Positions 28,345 through 32,000 of a stretch of DNA of 32,000 nt are shown one piece after another. The translations under genes were made by a program, and so were the position numbers. A model generated the notes under the pieces. That model worked only from the letters and a program-made list of their open reading frames with translations. It did not search any database and was not told the origin of the DNA. Numbering within the stretch: position 1 is the stretch's first letter; every line of letters begins with the position of its first letter. Source of the DNA: Saccharolobus solfataricus (GTDB lineage: Archaea; Thermoproteota; Thermoprotei_A; Sulfolobales; Sulfolobaceae); NCBI RefSeq assembly GCF_900079115.1, contig NZ_LT549890.1, positions 630,001 to 662,000 on the forward strand, written 5' to 3'.

Positions 28345-28480
28345 CTCATAACAATAGACAGTTGATATATATACGCATTCATCCATGTAACCATTAAAAT
28401 CATGTTTAAAAGAAAAATGTAATCCTTCTGCAGTTATAATGGTAATAATTTATTACCAAAAACTTCTACTTTATTTAAGT

Positions 28481-28565
28481 GCGGGGGTGCCCGAGCTAGG
28501 TCGAAGGGGGTAGGCTCAGGCCCTACTGGTGAAGGCCTTCGCGGGTTCAAATCCCGCCCCCCGCA
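28481..28565 (+). tRNA. tRNA-Leu(CAG), no intron
   Basis: The acceptor is GCGGGGG/CCCCCGC with discriminator A. The anticodon arm is GTAGG-CTCAGGC-CCTAC. It has a long variable arm and a T arm GCGGG-TTCAAAT-CCCGC. Confidence 0.9.
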
Positions 28566-28610
28566 GTGATAAAATTTGCATACTTGGATAAACAGATAAA
28601 AATCCTAAGC

Positions 28611-28618
28611 TTTTTATG
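28611..28618 (+). promoter_or_regulatory. TATA box candidate for ahcY (TTTTTATG)
   Basis: Centred about 27 nt upstream of the ATG at 28641, which implies a leaderless mRNA. Confidence 0.4.
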
Positions 28619-28640
28619 TTCTTTCGATAAAAAACTTCCG

Positions 28641-29894
28641 ATGAGCTACAAAATAAAAGACCTTTCTCTCGCAAGTGAGGGAAAAAAGCAAATAGAATGG
28701 GCAGAAAGACACATGCCAACATTGATGGAAATAAGGAAGAGATTTAAAGCTGAAAAACCACTAAAAGGTATTAACATATCAGCAGTGCTTCACGTTACCA
28801 AGGAAACAGCAGCACTAGTTAAAACACTTAAAATAGGTGGAGCTAACGTTGCTTTAGCTGGAAGTAATCCCCTTTCAACTCAAGATGATGTAGCAGCAGC
28901 CTTAGTAGAGGAAGGAATCTCAGTATTCGCATGGAAAGGAGAAAATGAGACAGAATATTATTCCAATATTGAAAGTATTGTAAAGATTCACGAGCCAAAT
29001 ATTGTAATGGATGATGGTGCTGATTTACACGCTTACATTCATGAAAAGGTAAGTTCTAAACTTGATATTTATGGCGGAACTGAAGAAACCACAACTGGTG
29101 TTATTAGACTTAAGGCAATGGAGAAGGACGGTGTCCTTAAGTATCCTCTCGTCGCAGTAAACAACGCGTATACCAAGTACCTTTTCGATAATAGATATGG
29201 AACTGGACAAAGTGCCATAGATGGAATACTTAGGGCTACAAACATTCTAATTGCAGGGAAAATTGCAGTTGTAGCTGGATATGGATGGGTAGGCAGGGGC
29301 ATAGCTAATAGATTAAGAGGAATGGGCGCTAGAGTCATAGTAACTGAAGTAGATCCAATAAGAGCTCTTGAAGCAGTGATGGACGGCTTTGACGTTATGC
29401 CTATTGCAGAGGCCTCAAAGGTTGGTGACATATTCGTAACAGCTACCGGAAATACAAAGGCTATAAGAGTAGAGCACATGCTCAATATGAAAGATGGCGC
29501 AATATTATCTAATGCAGGTCACTTTAACGTAGAGGTGGACGTAAAAGGGTTAAAGGAGACTGCGGTTAAGGTAAGAAACATAAGACCTTATGTTGATGAA
29601 TATACTTTACCTAACGGTAAGAGAGTATACTTGTTAGCAGATGGTAGGTTAGTGAATTTAGCTGCAGCAGAGGGTCATCCTAGCGAAGTAATGGATATGA
29701 GCTTTGCCAATCAAGCTTTAGCTGTAGAATACCTAGTTAAGAATAGAGGAAAATTGGAGAAGAAAGTATACAATATGCCAATGGAGTTGGATTATGAAGT
29801 GGCTAGAATAAAGTTGAAATCTATGGGCATTCAAATTGATGAGTTAACAGAGGAGCAAAAAGAGTACTTGGAACAATGGAAATCAGGAACCTAA
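28641..29894 (+). CDS. ahcY: S-adenosyl-L-homocysteine hydrolase
   Basis: 417 aa from [26 protein letters not shown]. The NAD-binding motif is [12 protein letters not shown], and the family pattern is typical ([22 protein letters not shown]). The ORF-track start (GTG 28566) abuts the tRNA and is rejected. Confidence 0.93.
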   Translation: MSYKIKDLSLASEGKKQIEWAERHMPTLMEIRKRFKAEKPLKGINISAVLHVTKETAALVKTLKIGGANVALAGSNPLSTQDDVAAALVEEGISVFAWKGENETEYYSNIESIVKIHEPNIVMDDGADLHAYIHEKVSSKLDIYGGTEETTTGVIRLKAMEKDGVLKYPLVAVNNAYTKYLFDNRYGTGQSAIDGILRATNILIAGKIAVVAGYGWVGRGIANRLRGMGARVIVTEVDPIRALEAVMDGFDVMPIAEASKVGDIFVTATGNTKAIRVEHMLNMKDGAILSNAGHFNVEVDVKGLKETAVKVRNIRPYVDEYTLPNGKRVYLLADGRLVNLAAAEGHPSEVMDMSFANQALAVEYLVKNRGKLEKKVYNMPMELDYEVARIKLKSMGIQIDELTEEQKEYLEQWKSGT

Positions 29895-29942
29895 AGGTTT
29901 AAACGCAAGTCTTAAAAACAGTTTTTCGGTTATTGTATATGT

Positions 29943-30016
29943 GGGCCCGTAGCTTAGCTCGGTAGAGCGCTCGGCTCATAACCGAGTGGTCAGGGGTTCA
30001 AATCCCCTCGGGCCCA
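29943..30016 (+). tRNA. tRNA with anticodon CAU (elongator tRNA-Met, or tRNA-Ile2 if C34 is agmatidinylated)
   Basis: 74-nt cloverleaf: GGGCCCG TA GCTT AGCTCGGTA GAGC G CTCGG CTCATAA CCGAG TGGTC AGGGG TTCAAAT CCCCT CGGGCCC A. The G1:C72 pair argues against an initiator. Confidence 0.88.
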
Positions 30017-30376
30017 TGAAATTTTTACTTTGAATTTGCTACTACACTGCTTGCAAATAAGAAGATTAAACCTAAGGCTAAATTAGGAAAAGATTATAAA
30101 TTAAGATTTACAAGTTTCAAATTTCAATTGGACTCTCGGAGAGGCTGAAAAATCATCCGTTAGATGTTGCCAACTATTATTTTGTGTGTTATAGAATAGA
30201 ATATTTTAAAAAGTAGAGAGTAGGCGGTGGTTAGACTAAAACTCATTGCTAAATACGATAAGATCTGTTAAATGGAAAAATAGGATTATAACAATGAGGT
30301 AAAGAGGAACTATTACCTTAAATGTCATGCATAATTGTGACCTTATCATTTTAAAAATTCTATAGGAATTGATATA

Positions 30377-30484
30377 CGCCGGGGACGGGATTCGAACCCG
30401 TGTGCCTCAGAGAGGCAGTAGGTCCCTCGCAGTAACGCTGGAAAGGTCTCGAGCCTACCCCCTTGACCGCTCGGGCACCCCGGC
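30377..30484 (-). tRNA. tRNA-Ser(CGA) with a ~24-nt intron at 37/38
   Basis: The minus strand reads GCCGGGG TG CCCG AGCGGTCAA GGG G GTAGG CTCGAG[ACCTTTCCAGCGTTACTGCGAGGG]A CCTAC, then a long variable arm TGCCTCTCTGAGGCAC, then ACGGG TTCGAAT CCCGT CCCCGGC G. Confidence 0.88.
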
Positions 30485-30516
30485 AATTAAATATATATCG
30501 ATAAAAATTTAAAAAA

Positions 30517-31422
30517 TTAAGCAGGAACGTAAATCGGATCTTTTTCTGTGGATATTTTAGTTATCTTCTGGAATTCACTTTTTATATTCTTAGGCAAACT
30601 AAACGAAATCTTATGAGAATAGCCGTCATAGAATCTTAGCTGTCCATCAATACGTTCGTTTATTTTGGAATCTACTTCATCCTCCGAAAGTAGGTCTGGC
30701 CTTACTCCTCCATAGACGAATCCCCATAATCCATCAAAGGATGCCATATAGGTGTATGAAGCTGATGCTTCCTTAAATACCTCCTTTATAGTGTTATAAA
30801 TCGTCACATATACTTCTAGAGAAAATGATGGAGATGTGGCTTGTGTTACTATGCCTCCTCTCTCATTCAATATTTCTCTTAATTTCTCATAGAACTCCTT
30901 AGTATAAAGCATATATGATGTAGAATTCTTGATTGGATCTGTTAGGTCTAGAATTATTGCATCATATTTCTCCTTTGTTTCTTTTATAAACTTTAAACCA
31001 TCAGTAATTACTAGGTTAGTCCTCTTATCCTCAAAAGCTCCCTGATGCCACTCATATAGATACTTCTTAGCAAACTCTATAACCTTCTCGTCTATATCAA
31101 CCATTACTGCTTTTTCTACAGACTTATACTTAAGAACTTCTCTAAGCGTTGCTCCTTCTCCACCGCCTAAAATTAACACACTCTTAGGAGGTTTTGTTAA
31201 TGATAGTAATAATGGATGAACTAATAATTCATGATAAATATGCTCATCATATAGTGTTGATTGCACTTTTCCATCTATGATAAGCCCTTTTCCAAACCTA
31301 GTGAATTCAACTAATGTAACATGCTGATATGGAGTCTTCTCTTCAGCTAATACTTTTTCTATTAGGTGACCGTGAAACTCATATGGCGTTTGCCATTCTA
31401 GGAGCCAATGCCAACCAAACAT
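30517..31422 (-). CDS. speE: Spermidine synthase / aminopropyltransferase
   Basis: 301 aa with motifs [22 protein letters not shown] and ILDLTDP. The ATG overlaps the L37e stop (TAATG). Confidence 0.9.
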   Translation of the reverse strand: MFGWHWLLEWQTPYEFHGHLIEKVLAEEKTPYQHVTLVEFTRFGKGLIIDGKVQSTLYDEHIYHELLVHPLLLSLTKPPKSVLILGGGEGATLREVLKYKSVEKAVMVDIDEKVIEFAKKYLYEWHQGAFEDKRTNLVITDGLKFIKETKEKYDAIILDLTDPIKNSTSYMLYTKEFYEKLREILNERGGIVTQATSPSFSLEVYVTIYNTIKEVFKEASASYTYMASFDGLWGFVYGGVRPDLLSEDEVDSKINERIDGQLRFYDGYSHKISFSLPKNIKSEFQKITKISTEKDPIYVPA

Positions 31423-31607
31423 TATCTTATTCTGACCCCATTAACCTTCTTATTTTGCCAGCTATATCTCCTTATCTTCTTCGTCCTTCCAAATCCACAA
31501 GCTGCACAGTAGTGCTTACTTACATTATAAGCGTTCCGGCCACATCTTCTGCATCTTATGTGAGTGTGAGATTTGTTCATCTTTCCAAAGGACGGTGTAC
31601 CTTTCAC
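31422..31607 (-). CDS. rpl37e: 50S ribosomal protein eL37 (L37e), zinc-binding
   Basis: 61 aa: [39 protein letters not shown]. Confidence 0.93.
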   Translation of the reverse strand: MKGTPSFGKMNKSHTHIRCRRCGRNAYNVSKHYCAACGFGRTKKIRRYSWQNKKVNGVRIR

Positions 31608-31621
31608 TTTAGCTCACCTAA

Positions 31622-31861
31622 CTAAGAAGTTTGTAGAGGAGAAATTAAAATTACATTATCTCCTCTTATTACTATAGTCCCTAATTTTTTACCACTACCA
31701 TCACTTTGTATCTCTTCTGAGTCTGATAGGACTAAATTCATATGTTGATCATAGCTCCTTAACATACCTCTTACTTCCTTATTTCCCTTTAGTTTGACTA
31801 ATACTAAGTTGTTTAATGACTCTGCTAACACCTTATGCGCTGTTTCTGCCAAAAAATTCAC
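31622..31861 (-). CDS. Sm-like archaeal protein (SmAP1/LSm)
   Basis: 79 aa. The Sm1 motif is [27 protein letters not shown] and the Sm2 motif is [13 protein letters not shown]. Start codon is GTG. The Sm-L37e pairing is conserved in archaea. Confidence 0.9.
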   Translation of the reverse strand: MNFLAETAHKVLAESLNNLVLVKLKGNKEVRGMLRSYDQHMNLVLSDSEEIQSDGSGKKLGTIVIRGDNVILISPLQTS

Positions 31862-31909
31862 CTATCAAAATCATCTTGAGCCGGATTTAAAAATTATTGG
31901 GTAAAGAAG

Positions 31910-31998
31910 TCCCGCCGCGGGGACTTGAACCCCGGACCACCCGGTTACTGTCCCCTATCTACAGCCGGGCGCTCTAAACCGGGCTGAGCTACGGCGGG
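31910..31998 (-). tRNA. tRNA-Tyr(GUA) with a 13-nt intron at 37/38
   Basis: The minus strand reads CCCGCCG TA GCTC AGCCCGGTTTA GAGC G CCCGG CTGTAG[ATAGGGGACAGTA]A CCGGG TGGTC CGGGG TTCAAGT CCCCG CGGCGGG A. The C1:G72 pair is the archaeal/eukaryal tRNA-Tyr identity element. Confidence 0.88.
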
Positions 31999-32000
31999 TC

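Noticed and set aside
26610-28565. Idea that the region between the two tRNA-Leu genes is a recognisable integrated virus or plasmid
   Set aside because: There is no integrase (intact or partitioned), and no partial tRNA duplication of att type. Both tRNA-Leu genes are complete, distinct isoacceptors. I retained it only as an 'accessory cassette' hypothesis in the findings.
28566-28640. ORF-track N-terminal extension of ahcY (GTG 28566, [25 protein letters not shown])
   Set aside because: It starts on the nucleotide after the tRNA and covers the AT-rich promoter. The conserved AdoHcy hydrolase N-terminus begins at the ATG at 28641, which has a TATA box ~27 nt upstream.
28516-28722. 68-aa minus-strand ORF
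   Set aside because: It overlaps the tRNA-Leu(CAG) gene and the ahcY promoter and 5' end. It is an artefact.
29025-29485. Minus-strand ORFs 29025-29210 and 29069-29485, antisense to ahcY
   Set aside because: Nested in a strongly conserved AdoHcy hydrolase gene, with no independent signals.
31329-31625. 98-aa plus-strand ORF spanning the speE/rpl37e junction
   Set aside because: Antisense to two confidently identified genes.

Overview
This window is AT-rich (roughly mid-30s % GC by eye), gene-dense crenarchaeal chromosome. It is almost certainly Sulfolobaceae, of the Saccharolobus/Sulfolobus solfataricus-islandicus type. That call rests on my recollection of the EF-2, Rrp41, XPF and LeuB protein sequences; no search was run.

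Nearly everything is core information-processing machinery, mostly on the minus strand:
- The tail of the L3-L4-L23-L2 ribosomal operon, preceded by a SPOUT (COG2106) gene and IleRS.
- LeuB, three housekeeping enzymes, and aEF-2.
- XPF, then the classical archaeal 'exosome superoperon': L15e, COG1325, Rpp30, Pop5, PsmA, SBDS, Rrp4, Rrp41, Rrp42, L37Ae, Brix, Pcc1 and prefoldin-beta.
- An Obg-family GTPase.
- The L21e-RpoF-DUF655-KsgA-HemK-TrmJ-S3Ae-GlmU-like chain.
- AhcY and an Sm-L37e-SpeE operon.
- Six tRNA genes, three of them with anticodon-loop introns.

Features not explained by textbook annotation:
1. A compact three-gene operon of unrecognisable, partly membrane-anchored proteins (26764-28326) sits between two tRNA-Leu genes. 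This is the best candidate for an undescribed system.
2. A near-canonical C/D box sRNA has its C box overlapping the Pop5 stop codon, between Pop5 and PsmA.
3. Four genes (ileS, ksgA, the first orphan gene, and possibly Pop5) have conserved or coding-like N-termini upstream of any ATG/GTG/TTG. ileS has GGTGA-N6-TTA, mirroring the GGTGA-N6-TTG of EF-2. ksgA has a GTAA start/stop junction with two A-AAG sites where a -1 slip could occur.
4. A 360-bp feature-less gap lies between convergent tRNA genes.

I found no CRISPR array, IS element, integrase or rRNA. All family calls come from motif and sequence recognition, not database searches.
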